A stretch of 64,000 bases of DNA from an uncultured Chloroflexia bacterium (GTDB lineage: Bacteria; Chloroflexota; UBA6077; JACCZL01). Under the pieces are notes generated by a model. It was given only the letters and a program-made list of their open reading frames with translations. It did not search any database and was not told the origin of the DNA. This document shows, piece by piece, positions 10,701-20,480 of the stretch. Position 1 is the first letter of the stretch; each line of letters opens with the position of its first letter. The position numbers were made by a program, and so were the translations under genes. The stretch lies in assembly GCA_963765765.1 (NCBI GenBank), contig CAVXYC010000028.1, forward strand, positions 64,001-128,000. Reading direction: 5' to 3'.

Positions 10701-11101
10701 TGCCGCTCTTGATCCGTTACCCCGCGGTTCTAGCGCCGAATCGAATAGTCCCTGAGCCGTCCAGTGTCATGGACGTAGCTCCAACGATTCTGCATCTAAC
10801 AGGGATTCCCGTTCCATCAACGATGGAAGGTCTGAGCCTGGTATCTGCGATTGACCGCTCAAAGTACGCCGACAGAATCGTTACTTCCGAGAGCCCGTAT
10901 ACAGGCTCGAGGGCGCTCATCACCGGAGGTTGGAAGCTGATTCGGGCCGCGGATGGTCAGGTCGAGCTGTACGAAGTATCAGCCGATCCAGACGAGCTAT
11001 TCGATCGTTCCGAATCGGAGCCCGAACTTGTTCGGCATCTCGTGGAGATGCTGGATCGAGGCATCGACCAACAAGCTCACGTGACGCCGTTCGGCGTCTA
11101 G
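7724..11101 (+). CDS. BaeS-like sensor histidine kinase fused to ~5 TM helices and a sulfatase/alkaline-phosphatase-superfamily domain
   Basis: HAMP, H-box AHELRTPL, N-box NLLNNA, G1 DTGPG, F-box FERFYR, G2 GLGL; then hydrophobic segments and PNVLLVSVDALRADHLG...SHASIMTG in one uninterrupted frame; ATG overlaps the RR stop. Confidence 0.85.
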   Translation: MHKQLWFRLLLGSSFILSVALATAGLVLHQSTTSSFEDYVEDVSAARSQRIEALLSRYYSRRQDWNGVDPLVAQIADLVGQPVVLADSRDVIIVDSQSQLNGQRVRENWRHQVVPIRSGDVAVGTLYIDPLHAPSKLGARGDAFVSELSASLLSALGVGLLAALAVSLLVARHLALPLETLTGAVRRLEAGERSSHMDASMGGEVGALAVAFNSLVDSLGRVERLRSNMVNDIAHELRTPLTTIRGYVEAFQDGVAEPTPEILDLLFGELMQLTRLIDDLRDIALAEAGQLHLSPELTSVEALIRHDVRAVAVAAAEQELRVSTSIPSDIPSIWVDAGRFSQALRNLLNNAVAHTPRGGHVSVIAEHDGNDVVIHVQDTGPGIPAEDLPHVFERFYRGDRSRSRRAGGNGLGLTITRELVSAHHGTLSVASEPGKGARFTIRLPIRPPVTVEPASVDAPVGARVATGWRRATNTARLVFYALMCGGLAGMVGGMAESLLVAIATRRPLDTLGLASYAIVIDAIVIGGVCAMLALIYGLVASGLGHVPRFRDLAPVIGATGILAVGSVLALKWTQLTARDATIPNAITGQLLIVVGTLLVAVVTFAALSTSARWPHRPVLVTRRAVPALAMTIGLIALFGIMRDLADRGFETPMAVMQVLRDATTRESTTDTGTGATAAVASNLQAGVRPNVLLVSVDALRADHLGAYGYSAGKTPAMDSLAREGWMSELAITPRAGSSASHASIMTGTSPERHGIRSDLLDTLAHDVPTLAEIMHANGYTTTGLYSWFNFEPSYSGLDRGFQTYEDYTINLPRYLADSRTQALAATYRRLKSYLALPGAADFDLSQLDGSEGNLDGKADITASAAARWLERRRTDPFFLWVHFRDPQSPYSAPLSSAEGTDCADCHERSLEVLQRIREGAIDLSAPEINRVVGSYDDEVSFVDRQLNVILQQLTQLGLDSSTVVIVVGSYGQSFGDHGAWLEGSTVYNSEIHVPLLIRYPAVLAPNRIVPEPSSVMDVAPTILHLTGIPVPSTMEGLSLVSAIDRSKYADRIVTSESPYTGSRALITGGWKLIRAADGQVELYEVSADPDELFDRSESEPELVRHLVEMLDRGIDQQAHVTPFGV

Positions 11102-11877
11102 TGATTCCGAAAACGGGGCAGCCTTTTCTCGTGGAACGCGGCAATTCCCTCGTTCCTGTCATCGCTGTACAGGCAAGCGACGTACGCCTCCTCCTCTAGC
11201 GCCCAGCCAGTCCAGAGGTCCACGCCATGGCCGCGGTCCACCGCCCGCTTGATCTGTCGAGCCGAGATTGGCGAAACGCTTAGTATCTCCTGAGCGATCT
11301 CCCTTGCAGTTTGGTTCACCAGCTCGCTCGAGACAACTCGGTTCACCAGACCGATTCTGAGTGCCTCAGATGCATCAATCCGACGCCCCGTGAACATAAG
11401 CTCCTTGGCCATGGCTGGTCCAATGCGACGGGGGAGAAGCTGCGTTCCGCCCCCGCCCGGAAGAATGCCCACTTTCGCCTCTGGAAGAGCAAATTGCGCA
11501 CGCTCGCCGGCAATGATGAAATCACAGGCGAGTGCAAGCTCACATCCACCCCCCAGGGCGTATCCATCCACGACGGCGATCATTGGTCGTTCAACGGCCA
11601 CGAGAGCGCGGAACGCGCGCAGCATAGTGGGGCGCTGCGCGCGCCATTGATCCACGGACATGTGCTGGCGTTCTTTGAGATCAGCACCCACGCAGAATGC
11701 GCGGTCACCCGCGGCATTCAGAATAACCACCCAGGTCTCACCGTCCTCAGCGATCTGTTGACATGCTTGCACGATCTCCTCCGCCATCCGGGTGTTGATC
11801 GCATTCATCGCGTCGGGGCGGTTGAGGGTCAGGATCGCTAGGTGGTCGCGGGTCTCCAGCTGAATAGTATCCGTCAC
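11098..11877 (-). CDS. Enoyl-CoA hydratase/isomerase
   Basis: FCVGADLKE, ALGGGCELALACD, LPEAKVGILPGGGGTQ. Confidence 0.93.
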   Translation of the reverse strand: MTDTIQLETRDHLAILTLNRPDAMNAINTRMAEEIVQACQQIAEDGETWVVILNAAGDRAFCVGADLKERQHMSVDQWRAQRPTMLRAFRALVAVERPMIAVVDGYALGGGCELALACDFIIAGERAQFALPEAKVGILPGGGGTQLLPRRIGPAMAKELMFTGRRIDASEALRIGLVNRVVSSELVNQTAREIAQEILSVSPISARQIKRAVDRGHGVDLWTGWALEEEAYVACLYSDDRNEGIAAFHEKRLPRFRNH

Positions 11878-12015
11878 GGTTGCACTCCAATTGGGTAACG
11901 TGACCCACTGGGCTGGTCGGACGCTGTTACCCGTCTCGACTATGGATCAAAGAGGGGTCGCGATTGCGGGGTATATCGACGAGAAAAAAGCCGGCTCACG
12001 AGCTGAGCGCAGAGG

Positions 12016-13452
12016 TCAAACCACGCTCTCTTCACTGGCGTCAACGGCAACCGGGTGATTTTCACCTGGTCCGCCGTTGGATTGGCTCACCATGATGGAT
12101 TCTCGGAGATTCAGCAGTCGTTCGCTGAAATGCACCGGATACGGTGATGTCGGGTTGAGCTGTCGATAACGTTCCGGCAACGTTCGGAGATTATGCTGAG
12201 CCAACTCCCAGATCTCTGACAGTGGCGGCAGACTACCGGGCACGACGTCGCCATCAAGCACGACTGGCTTGAGCAACCGTTCAGCATCGGCGGAGGGCTT
12301 GGGCTCTTCCGCGAGCTGGATGATATCGCTATCGAATTTCCCGATACGCCAGACCTCTTTGATTCCAGGCCAGGTACTCTTCTCGCCGGCGACCTTCATT
12401 TTGGGAAAACTGACGCCGCGCTCATCAACGTATTGCACGGCCTTATATACACCGCCCAGGGCGCCGCCCTCGACTCCGTGCTCGGTGGAGCCTGCCGCGA
12501 TCCCAACGCTTGTCCCCACTCCAAAAACGTCAATCGGTGCGCCGGCGTCCAGGAGCTTGACGATGAGAAACTCATCGAGATCTCCACTTGCCAGCACTCG
12601 TACGTCTGACAAGCCAGCCTCGTCCAAAACGGAGCGCACGTAACGGCTGTCTTCGAGCAGATCACCACTATCCAACCGTACGCCGACGAGAGAATGGCCC
12701 AGTCTGTCACGGTACTTGCGACCAACGTCCACGGCAATATGGATCGCTCGTCTAGGATCGTAGGTGTCTAAGAGCAGCGTGTAGCGATTAAATGTGGCCG
12801 CGACCGCTTCGAACGCCTCATGTTCCTCATCGAAAATCTGTGTCAGCGCATGCGGTACAGTCCCTGTGGCGAGCAAACGATACCTGTGCGCTGCACCTAG
12901 AAATGACGTGCTCGTGAATCCGCCAATGCGCGACGATCTCGTGACCGCGAAGGGCTCATGCGCCCGACGGAGTGCAAACTCAGCAACAGGCCGGCCGCGC
13001 GCCGCCCAGGTAATGCGCGCGGCCTTGGTGGCAACGAGCGTGGCGAAATTCATAGCCTGAAGCAAACCGGATTCCAGCAGGATCGCTTCGCGAAATGGCG
13101 CCGTAACGCGCAGCAGTGGTTCGTTAGGAAATGCTACGGAGCCTTCGGGCATCGCCAGGATCTCGCCGCTGAATCGTAGCTTTCGGAGCATTTCCAGGAA
13201 ACCGGGATCGTAGTCACGGATCTGCGAGAGAAACGCGAGGTCTTCGTCCGTGTAGTGGAACTCGCGTACGTATTCGAGCGCCATCTCCAAACCTGCCACA
13301 AGATGGAACGCTCCGCCAAATGGCGCTTGACGTGCATACAGGTCAAACGTCGTCATCCCGTTCTTACCCACTCTCCAGCTCACATAGGCTGAGTCAGGGT
13401 GGTACATGTCCGTCATGAGCGCCGGGTGATAGCCCAGATCGCTTCGGTTCAC
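12016..13452 (-). CDS. pncB: Nicotinate phosphoribosyltransferase
   Basis: LMTDMY, EFALRRAH, GTVPH, LLDTYD, GVRLDSGD, FGVGT. Confidence 0.9.
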   Translation of the reverse strand: MNRSDLGYHPALMTDMYHPDSAYVSWRVGKNGMTTFDLYARQAPFGGAFHLVAGLEMALEYVREFHYTDEDLAFLSQIRDYDPGFLEMLRKLRFSGEILAMPEGSVAFPNEPLLRVTAPFREAILLESGLLQAMNFATLVATKAARITWAARGRPVAEFALRRAHEPFAVTRSSRIGGFTSTSFLGAAHRYRLLATGTVPHALTQIFDEEHEAFEAVAATFNRYTLLLDTYDPRRAIHIAVDVGRKYRDRLGHSLVGVRLDSGDLLEDSRYVRSVLDEAGLSDVRVLASGDLDEFLIVKLLDAGAPIDVFGVGTSVGIAAGSTEHGVEGGALGGVYKAVQYVDERGVSFPKMKVAGEKSTWPGIKEVWRIGKFDSDIIQLAEEPKPSADAERLLKPVVLDGDVVPGSLPPLSEIWELAQHNLRTLPERYRQLNPTSPYPVHFSERLLNLRESIMVSQSNGGPGENHPVAVDASEESVV

Positions 13453-13562
13453 TCACATCTCCCGTTGGCTTCCAATTGGCCAGTATTGTAGCGAGTAGCC
13501 ACGGGGCTAGCTCTACGCACCAATCAGCTCAGCGTATCCACATCATCGGCGACTCCCGTCGC

Positions 13563-13571
13563 TGTTATAAT
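13563..13571 (+). promoter_or_regulatory. Extended -10 element TGTTATAAT
   Basis: Matches TGnTATAAT, 33 bp upstream of the A-type carrier start. Confidence 0.6.
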
Positions 13572-13604
13572 CAGAGCAATTCACTCGGTATTATCGAGGT
13601 GCAT

Positions 13605-13961
13605 GTGATCACAGTGACAGATGATGCTCTCAAGCATCTCCAACAGCTTCGCGAACGAAAGAATGTCAACGAGCTCGGGCTGCGTGTATTTGTCCAGCCA
13701 GGCGGGTGCTCCGGCTTTTCATACGGCATGACGGTTGAAGACGATTCCGACGATGACGATCGCGTATACAGCTTCGATGGTGTGCGGGTCGTCGTAGATC
13801 CATTCAGCATGCAGCATATTGAAGGCGCAGAAATTGACTATGTTGACGCGCTGATGGGCGGCGGCTTTCAGGTACGGAATCCGAATGCCGCGAAGTCATG
13901 TGCGTGCGGTCAGTCGTTTGATTCCGTCCATGGTGGCGGAACCGCAAAGCCCTGCAGCTAG
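13605..13961 (+). CDS. Iron-sulfur cluster assembly accessory protein (HesB/IscA/ErpA)
   Basis: GGCSGFSY and NPNAAKSCACGQSF; GAGGT RBS before GTG 13605. Confidence 0.93.
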   Translation: MITVTDDALKHLQQLRERKNVNELGLRVFVQPGGCSGFSYGMTVEDDSDDDDRVYSFDGVRVVVDPFSMQHIEGAEIDYVDALMGGGFQVRNPNAAKSCACGQSFDSVHGGGTAKPCS

Positions 13962-13965
13962 CCAG

Positions 13966-14701
13966 CTAAATTCCAGCTCCAAGTAACCGGTCGGACGTGG
14001 GCCATTTGCTCCCGCCGGCCGGTTCTCGCGTTACTCCGATTGTCTCGAAGCTGCTCACGGGTCCTGGCGCCTGGATAATTGTGTAGCCGCTGCCGTCCGG
14101 ATTTGTTCGAAGCACTCCACCATCTACACGCTCGCCGTGCCCCACAAACCAGAGCTGGTAGCACTGCCCTTCGCCCAGCGGCGGAAGCTTATGCATGATC
14201 ATCCCTGAGCCGGTCTCCTCGATCTAGAAAGATGCGGCCCATCGAACCGGGTGCAGACTCACTTGCGGACATGTTCTGGATCGTCACTCTATTCGCCGCA
14301 AGCACGCCCACGATCGTGTCGTAGCGGCGGCTGAGACCTGTCAGGGTAGTTCGTTGCGTCTCGAGGTCGTTATTGAGTTTGATCGACCAAGCCAAAGAGA
14401 CCGCTGCGATACCCGCGGCGGCCGCCATCATCCACTGAGACCAGCGGGTAGACGCGCTGGAAGCTGGACGGCGGTCGACGCTCCGAGCCGCCTCTGCCAT
14501 GATGACCTGCCGCAGCGACCGAGGGGGATCTCGTTCTCCCATTCCCAGGGCCAGAACACTTAGCCCCTCGAGATAGTCTCCGGCGGTGCTGGCGCAATCC
14601 GGACAACCCCGCATGTGGGCCAGAATCTCAAGCCGCTCATCTTCGTCCGGACTGCCTATCGCGAACGCATCTAGGCGATCTTCAAACTCGCACTGACTCA
14701 A
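13966..14701 (-). CDS. Anti-sigma factor (RskA-like, zinc-binding), split by an indel near 14205-14215
   Basis: HMRGCPDC (HxxxCxxC), TM helix, and C-terminal LPPL..YQLW...VTREPAGGS..PT RskA domain in the second frame. Confidence 0.8.
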
Positions 14702-15282
14702 AGAGTCTCCTCCAATGCCAGCGGTTCGAGTATAGTTCGCAGCTTGCGCATGGCCAGACGCGTGCGCGTCTTGATGGTTCCAAGTGGCTCGCCCAGATAC
14801 TCTGCAATTTGCGTCTGAGTCATTCCTCGTATGTAGGCCAGCTCGAGTGCTACTCGTTGCGCATCGGGTAGGCTCGCCAGGGCACGGCTCACCTCATCTC
14901 TCCGGATTGAACCGTCCAGTAGTGTTCCCGGGTCTCCGCCAACACCAGAGTGCTCAACGGGATCCACGCCTTCCGCCTCGTGCCTTCGTTCAAGGGTTCG
15001 ACGCCGAAGCCAGTCGATTGCTCGGTGGTGAGCCATGCCCAATAACCAGGGCGTCACCCTGCCCTTCTCAGGGGCGTAAAGCTCTGGTTGTCGCCACAGC
15101 TTGAGGAAGCACTCCTGGACGATGTCCTCGGCGACGTGTGCATCCCCGACGAGACGCACGGCAAGTGCATAGATGGATCGGGAATACCGTGCATACAGGA
15201 CTTCGAGGGCATCGACATCTCTCGTGCGGAGCCTGCCAACGAGGAATTCGTCGCTCGCTCCTGAGTCCCGATACGATTGCAC
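14698..15282 (-). CDS. ECF sigma-70 factor (SigK-like)
   Basis: AEDIVQECFLKLW; region 4 TQTQIAEYLGEPLGTIKTR; overlaps the anti-sigma gene. Confidence 0.92.
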   Translation of the reverse strand: MQSYRDSGASDEFLVGRLRTRDVDALEVLYARYSRSIYALAVRLVGDAHVAEDIVQECFLKLWRQPELYAPEKGRVTPWLLGMAHHRAIDWLRRRTLERRHEAEGVDPVEHSGVGGDPGTLLDGSIRRDEVSRALASLPDAQRVALELAYIRGMTQTQIAEYLGEPLGTIKTRTRLAMRKLRTILEPLALEETL

Positions 15283-15557
15283 GGATATGCCCTGCGCACT
15301 CCTTGGATCCGGCCGCGTGCGGCAGCAATGAGGGCAGTATATAGAAGCCGGGAGAGCACGTCAGTGATTCGAGTTGGTCTCCATCGTGTGTAGTACGACC
15401 GAATAGCCCAAATGGATTGAATGTCGGGCAAGACCGCCCACATCGACAATGAGCTCGACGGTGGATGTTCTGGTATGCGCCTGTGCCCGACGCTGGGCGT
15501 CCGAAGGATGCCCAGCCTGGATCGCTGTGCTAGAATCCGACGATACGGAGGGCACGT

Positions 15558-15848
15558 ATGGTAACGGCGATTGTCCTGATTCGAGCGACAATGGGGCGGA
15601 CGCCGGATATCGCCGAGTCGCTTCTCCAGCTTCCTGAGGTATCCGAGGTGTACTCCGTCACCGGTGAGTACGATCTCGTTGCCATGGTGCGTGTACAGCA
15701 GTACGACCAGATGGCAAATGCCGTTCCCAGCAAACTCGCGCGCATCGATGGCATTGAGCGCACGCACTCGCTCATGGCCTTCCAGTGCTACTCACGACGT
15801 GATCTCGAGCGCATGTGGGGAATAGGCATGGAGAGCGAATCGGCGTGA
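15558..15848 (+). CDS. Stand-alone Lrp/AsnC ligand-binding domain protein
   Basis: VSEVYSVTGEYDLVA; GGAGG RBS; TGCTAGAAT at 15528-15536. Confidence 0.88.
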   Translation: MVTAIVLIRATMGRTPDIAESLLQLPEVSEVYSVTGEYDLVAMVRVQQYDQMANAVPSKLARIDGIERTHSLMAFQCYSRRDLERMWGIGMESESA

Positions 15849-15864
15849 TCTTTTCGCCGCATCT

Positions 15865-17028
15865 GTGATTCGCCTCACAGCGCTCATTTTTCTCCTCATC
15901 GTCATGGCGGGTTGTTCCTCCGCGGGAGTGCCGTGGCGTCCCGATGAGCTGCAATGGTGGTGGTCCAATCAGGATCCGCCGGAGGTCACCCTCTCGGGTC
16001 CTGCCCGAGCCGTTAGAGCGAGCACAAGCATCCAGGTGACTCTTCGCCCTGCCGACCGAGCAAGCCTCGTTAGTGCATCGTTGGATGGCTCCGAGATTCC
16101 AGCCCAGACGCCCTTGCAGCTTGATACATCCATCATGAGTGACGGTCTCCATACGATCAGCGTCATGGCGGAAGATCGCTCTCGTCGACGAAATCGCTCT
16201 GAAGCGTCGATCACGATCCAATCCGACAACACTCCACCAAGCCTCACCTGGGACATCCAGCCGAATACGCTGACGCAAGGATCGGCGGCCATCATCCGGT
16301 TGCGTTCCAATGAGCCGACCGCGGTAGAGGCGTCAAGCGACGACCGACCACTTCCACTGGACCTCGGCAACGACTACGCCTGGGCAATCGTGAGCTTCAG
16401 TCCGGACGCCCCGATAGGCCAGAAGTCGCTCACGTTTGTGGGGCGCGACGAGGCCGGAAACGAGTCACGATTGAGCACCACTCTTAGCATCGGCAGCGGT
16501 GATTTCCCATCTGAGGATGTTGAGATCCCTCCCGCTTTGGCGACACTACTCCAACCTGAGTTCCGCGCCGATGAAGAAACCATGCTCGCGGGTATTTTTG
16601 CAAAATCCAATGAGCCACCGCATTGGACAGGCCGCTTTAGAGTGCCCACGGAGGGCACAATCCTTACCGAGTTTGCCACGGAGCGCGCTTTCAATGGCGG
16701 CCCCACGGTTGGTCGCCACGCGGGGGTAGACATCGCCGCGCCACAAGGTTCAGCGGTCCTGGCCTCCCAGGCGGGACGCGTCGCGCTCATAGATCCGCTC
16801 ACAGTGCGGGGCAACACTCTTGTCATTGATCACGGTCACGGCATCTACACGTTGTACGCGCATCTTTCGGAAATCCTTGTCTCGCCGGATGCACAGGTAG
16901 AGGCTGGACAACAGGTGGCGCGTGTCGGTACCACTGGACTTTCCACCGGACCGCATCTTCATTGGGAAGTCTGGGTCGGCGGCGCTAACGTCGACCCCTT
17001 CAATTGGACGAAGCTCGACCTGCCCTGA
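15865..17028 (+). CDS. M23-family peptidase lipoprotein
   Basis: MAG-C lipobox; HAGVD and TGPHLHWE zinc motifs. Confidence 0.9.
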   Translation: MIRLTALIFLLIVMAGCSSAGVPWRPDELQWWWSNQDPPEVTLSGPARAVRASTSIQVTLRPADRASLVSASLDGSEIPAQTPLQLDTSIMSDGLHTISVMAEDRSRRRNRSEASITIQSDNTPPSLTWDIQPNTLTQGSAAIIRLRSNEPTAVEASSDDRPLPLDLGNDYAWAIVSFSPDAPIGQKSLTFVGRDEAGNESRLSTTLSIGSGDFPSEDVEIPPALATLLQPEFRADEETMLAGIFAKSNEPPHWTGRFRVPTEGTILTEFATERAFNGGPTVGRHAGVDIAAPQGSAVLASQAGRVALIDPLTVRGNTLVIDHGHGIYTLYAHLSEILVSPDAQVEAGQQVARVGTTGLSTGPHLHWEVWVGGANVDPFNWTKLDLP

Positions 17029-17138
17029 TCGCGAAGAACCGCGCCGTATCGAAACTGTGTCGTCTCACCATCTGGCTGTAGCGGCGGCGTGACAAGCTCG
17101 TATCTACACTGGCACCACGCGCAACTGCGCGATGCAAG

Positions 17139-18365
17139 GTGTTGCCTGTGGGCTCCAAGCTGCATTCCCGACTGCTCTTTTGGGGGCCTCTCTTCGGCCT
17201 CCTCCTCTTGTTACCGCTGGTTCAGCCGCCGGTGGAATCGGTCCAAGCCGTTGATGGACCAACTCGCCACATTGTGAAATCCGGCGATACGTTGAGCTCA
17301 ATTGCGTTGAACTATGGCGTAGCGATCGATGAGCTCGTCTCGCTCAACTCGATTTCCAATCCAAATCGCATCCCCGAGGGCAGCGCGCTCAGGCTGCCCT
17401 CGGGGGCAGGTGCGTCGGGCAAACGTGAATACATCGTGCGCCCAGGTGACACACTTTCATCAATCTCCGCGACAAATAACATCAGGATCGCCGCGATTTT
17501 GGAGCTCAATGAACTGGAAAATCCCCATCGATTGCGTGTGGGTCAGCAGATTGTGCTCCCACCGGCCTCAGCGGCCCCTGCAAGTCCATCTGCGTCAGCG
17601 CTCGCGGCGCCGCCCAAGGCATCAGCCGTTCCAACGGCCGTCGGATCCGCCCAGACTGCAATTCTGAAGCTCATCCAGACCAAGGTCCCGGAAGGAGCGC
17701 GCGTTGGTATCCTTGCTGTGAACCTGAGTACAGGTGAACGAGTGGAGCATCGCGCCTGGGAATCGTTCCCGGCCGCTAGCGTTGCGAAGCTCGCCGTGCT
17801 CGTCGAGGTTCAGCGCCAGGTTGAAGCAGGCACACTCAAACTCGACGATACGATTCGTAACGACATGCGCAATATGATCGTACTGAGTGACAATCAGGCC
17901 GCCAACCGGCTCATCAACCTGGTGAGTTCAAGCAAGATCAACGCGACAATGGCGCAGCTGGGATTCAAATCCACGATTCTCCGAAATCTGTTTGAGGGCG
18001 CAGCACTTCCGGGTTTCAATGGGCAGCTCAATCAAACCAGCCCAGGTGACATGGTGGCGCTACTCACGCGAATGACTACTGAGCAGCTAGTGTCGCCTTC
18101 CAGTAGCCGCGCCATGCGAGACCTACTGCTCGCCACTCGCGACACCACACGACTGCCACAGCTCTTGCCTTCCGAGGCACGCATCGCTCACAAGAGCGGC
18201 TGGTATCAGGGCGTGTCAAATGATGTCGGCATTATCTACGCTCCAACCGGGCGGTTTGTGGTGGCAGTATTCACGACGGGCTCTAATGACTCCGCCGGCG
18301 AGAGTCGGTTCATCGCTGAGGTCGGTCAGACGCTATACAAAATCTGGACGCAAAAGCCGTCCTGA
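17139..18365 (+). CDS. LysM x2 + class A beta-lactamase-like serine hydrolase
   Basis: HIVKSGDTLSSIA and YIVRPGDTLSSIS LysM repeats; SVAK, SDN, HKSG motifs. Confidence 0.88.
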   Translation: MLPVGSKLHSRLLFWGPLFGLLLLLPLVQPPVESVQAVDGPTRHIVKSGDTLSSIALNYGVAIDELVSLNSISNPNRIPEGSALRLPSGAGASGKREYIVRPGDTLSSISATNNIRIAAILELNELENPHRLRVGQQIVLPPASAAPASPSASALAAPPKASAVPTAVGSAQTAILKLIQTKVPEGARVGILAVNLSTGERVEHRAWESFPAASVAKLAVLVEVQRQVEAGTLKLDDTIRNDMRNMIVLSDNQAANRLINLVSSSKINATMAQLGFKSTILRNLFEGAALPGFNGQLNQTSPGDMVALLTRMTTEQLVSPSSSRAMRDLLLATRDTTRLPQLLPSEARIAHKSGWYQGVSNDVGIIYAPTGRFVVAVFTTGSNDSAGESRFIAEVGQTLYKIWTQKPS

Positions 18366-18400
18366 CACGCACACCGCTGAGGTACGAAGGGCCTCAGCAA

Positions 18401-18841
18401 CTAGTGATGATGCGTGGCGGTTGCCGAGGCCGCGACACATTTTGCGCACCGGCCAATCAGCGCGAAATGCGCGAGATCAAGCTCAAATCCGTACTGCTGG
18501 TCCAGTGACTGGCCTAGCGGGCGAAGAATGTCCACGTCGAGCTCCTGCTCGGTCCCGCAGCCTCGACAAATGAGGTGTTGATGGAGCTCGGATTCGGCGC
18601 GATGGTACTGCGCCACACCGTCATCGAAGTGCGTATGACGAACCAGCTCCATCTCCTCCAATAGGTCGAGTGTACGGTAGACCGTGGAGATATTGATTTG
18701 AGGAAACTGCTCCGTCACGCGAGTGTGGACGGCGTCCGCGGAGATATGCCCCTCGAGCGACTCAATGGCTTCGAGAATCAACTGACGCTGCGGAGTCATA
18801 CGCAGCCCACGCTCGCGAAGCACTTCGACAAGCTGGCTCAT
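18401..18841 (-). CDS. Fur-family transcriptional regulator
   Basis: GLRMTPQR, STVYRTL, HQHLICRGC, CAKC. Confidence 0.92.
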   Translation of the reverse strand: MSQLVEVLRERGLRMTPQRQLILEAIESLEGHISADAVHTRVTEQFPQINISTVYRTLDLLEEMELVRHTHFDDGVAQYHRAESELHQHLICRGCGTEQELDVDILRPLGQSLDQQYGFELDLAHFALIGRCAKCVAASATATHHH

Positions 18842-19027
18842 GGCATCTCCTATCGCAATCTCGGAGCGTACCAGGAGTATAGCCAGAACGCTTCGCCGAA
18901 AAGCCCCGAAGATCATCGCTGATCGGTGGAACGAGCTGTGCCTGGAGTCCGAAATAGATGAGCTTCATGTTCCTACACTCCGCGCTTATCCGATCCCCAA
19001 ACATCAGCAGCGGAAGGCACATCCTCC

Positions 19028-20480
19028 ATGGCAGAAACAGCGACTCCAGGCACAACTCGAGATCGATTAAGCACAACGCCGCCATCGCCAATCGAGGCGT
19101 TCTTCTCACTGCGCCAGCGTGGAACGACCGTCGGGACGGAGGTACTGGCTGGCGTTACGACATTCCTGGTGATGGCGTACATCATCTTTGTCAATCCAGC
19201 AATACTGACCTTTGCCAGCGCGCCGCCCTCCAGGGATCGGGTCCACCGTTTGCAGCGACACTCGCCGCAACATGTCTGGTGGCCTCGGTGTCGACCATCG
19301 CCATGGGGCTCTTTAGTAACTACCCTTTCGCGCTTGCTCCTGGGCTAGGGTCTCAACGCGGTGGTATCGTTCACCCTCATCGCCGGGTTGAACCTACCCT
19401 GGCAGGCCGCCATGGGCGTCATCTTTATGGAGGGGCGCTCATTACGATTCTGGTCCTCACCGGCTTCCGTGAAGCAGTGATGCACGCGATCCCAAACTCG
19501 CTGAATAAGGGAATCAGCGTTGGGATCGGCCTGTTCATTCTCTTCATCGGGTTAGAGATTGGCGAGCTCATTGTCTGGGGCTCCAGAGATATCTGGTACT
19601 CCCGTCGCGATTGCGCCGATGGACTCACCGCGGCAATTGGTCACAGTCGTAGGCTTCGCCTTGACGCTCGGCTCTTCGCGCGTGGCACGCTCGGCGCGCT
19701 GCTCTAGGGAATTCCCAACACAACACTCTTTGCTGTCATTGTGAATGCCATAACTGGAACTACGGCGATTACGATTCCCGGGTATGGCGACCGTGCCAAG
19801 CGCCATCGTGGTGCGCCTGAGTTCTCTACCATCGGGCAGGGACTCAACTTCAGCGTTTTCAGTTACATCGGTGTGTCGGCGGCGGTGCTCACGATCTTTT
19901 CGCTGATGCTCTCGGACTTCTTCGACACCATGGGTACGGTAATCGGCGTTGGCGAAGAGGCCAATTTGCTGGATACAAAGTGGCCGACTTCCAGGCCTCA
20001 ACCGGGTCCTTCTGGTTGATTCACTTGCAGCCGCTCTGGGCGGAATCTGCAGTGCGAGCTCAGCCACGACGTATATCCAGAGCGCCGCGGGCGTCAGCCA
20101 GGACGGTCGCACCGGTCTGACATCCGTTGTCGTTGGGGTCCTATTTCTGGCCGCGCTTTTCTTTTCTCCGATCGCCGTCGCCGTTCCTCCGCATGCCACG
20201 GCTCCAGCACTCATTATCGTCGGGTTCCTGATGGCCGGGCTCGTCCTTGAGATTCCGTTCGACGACGTGGAGGAAGGTTTTCCTGCGCTGGTCACCATCG
20301 CACTTATGCCGTTTACATTTCAGCATTTCCAACGGCATTGGCGGGGGCTTCATCACCTACGTGTTCATCCAACTCGTTCGAGGAAAAGCTAGCGATGTCC
20401 ACCCCTTGCTTTATGGAGTGGCGGTTGCATTTGCGATTTACTTTGCACTCGTGCCGATCCGCTCCGCATTGGGGGTGTGA
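19028..20480 (+). CDS. NCS2/AzgA-family purine permease, broken by about 5-6 frameshifts (assembly error or pseudogene)
   Basis: EVLAGVTTFLVMAYIIFVNP, ALAPG, DFFDTMGT, GRTGLT, ATAPALIIVG distributed over successive frames. Confidence 0.8.
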
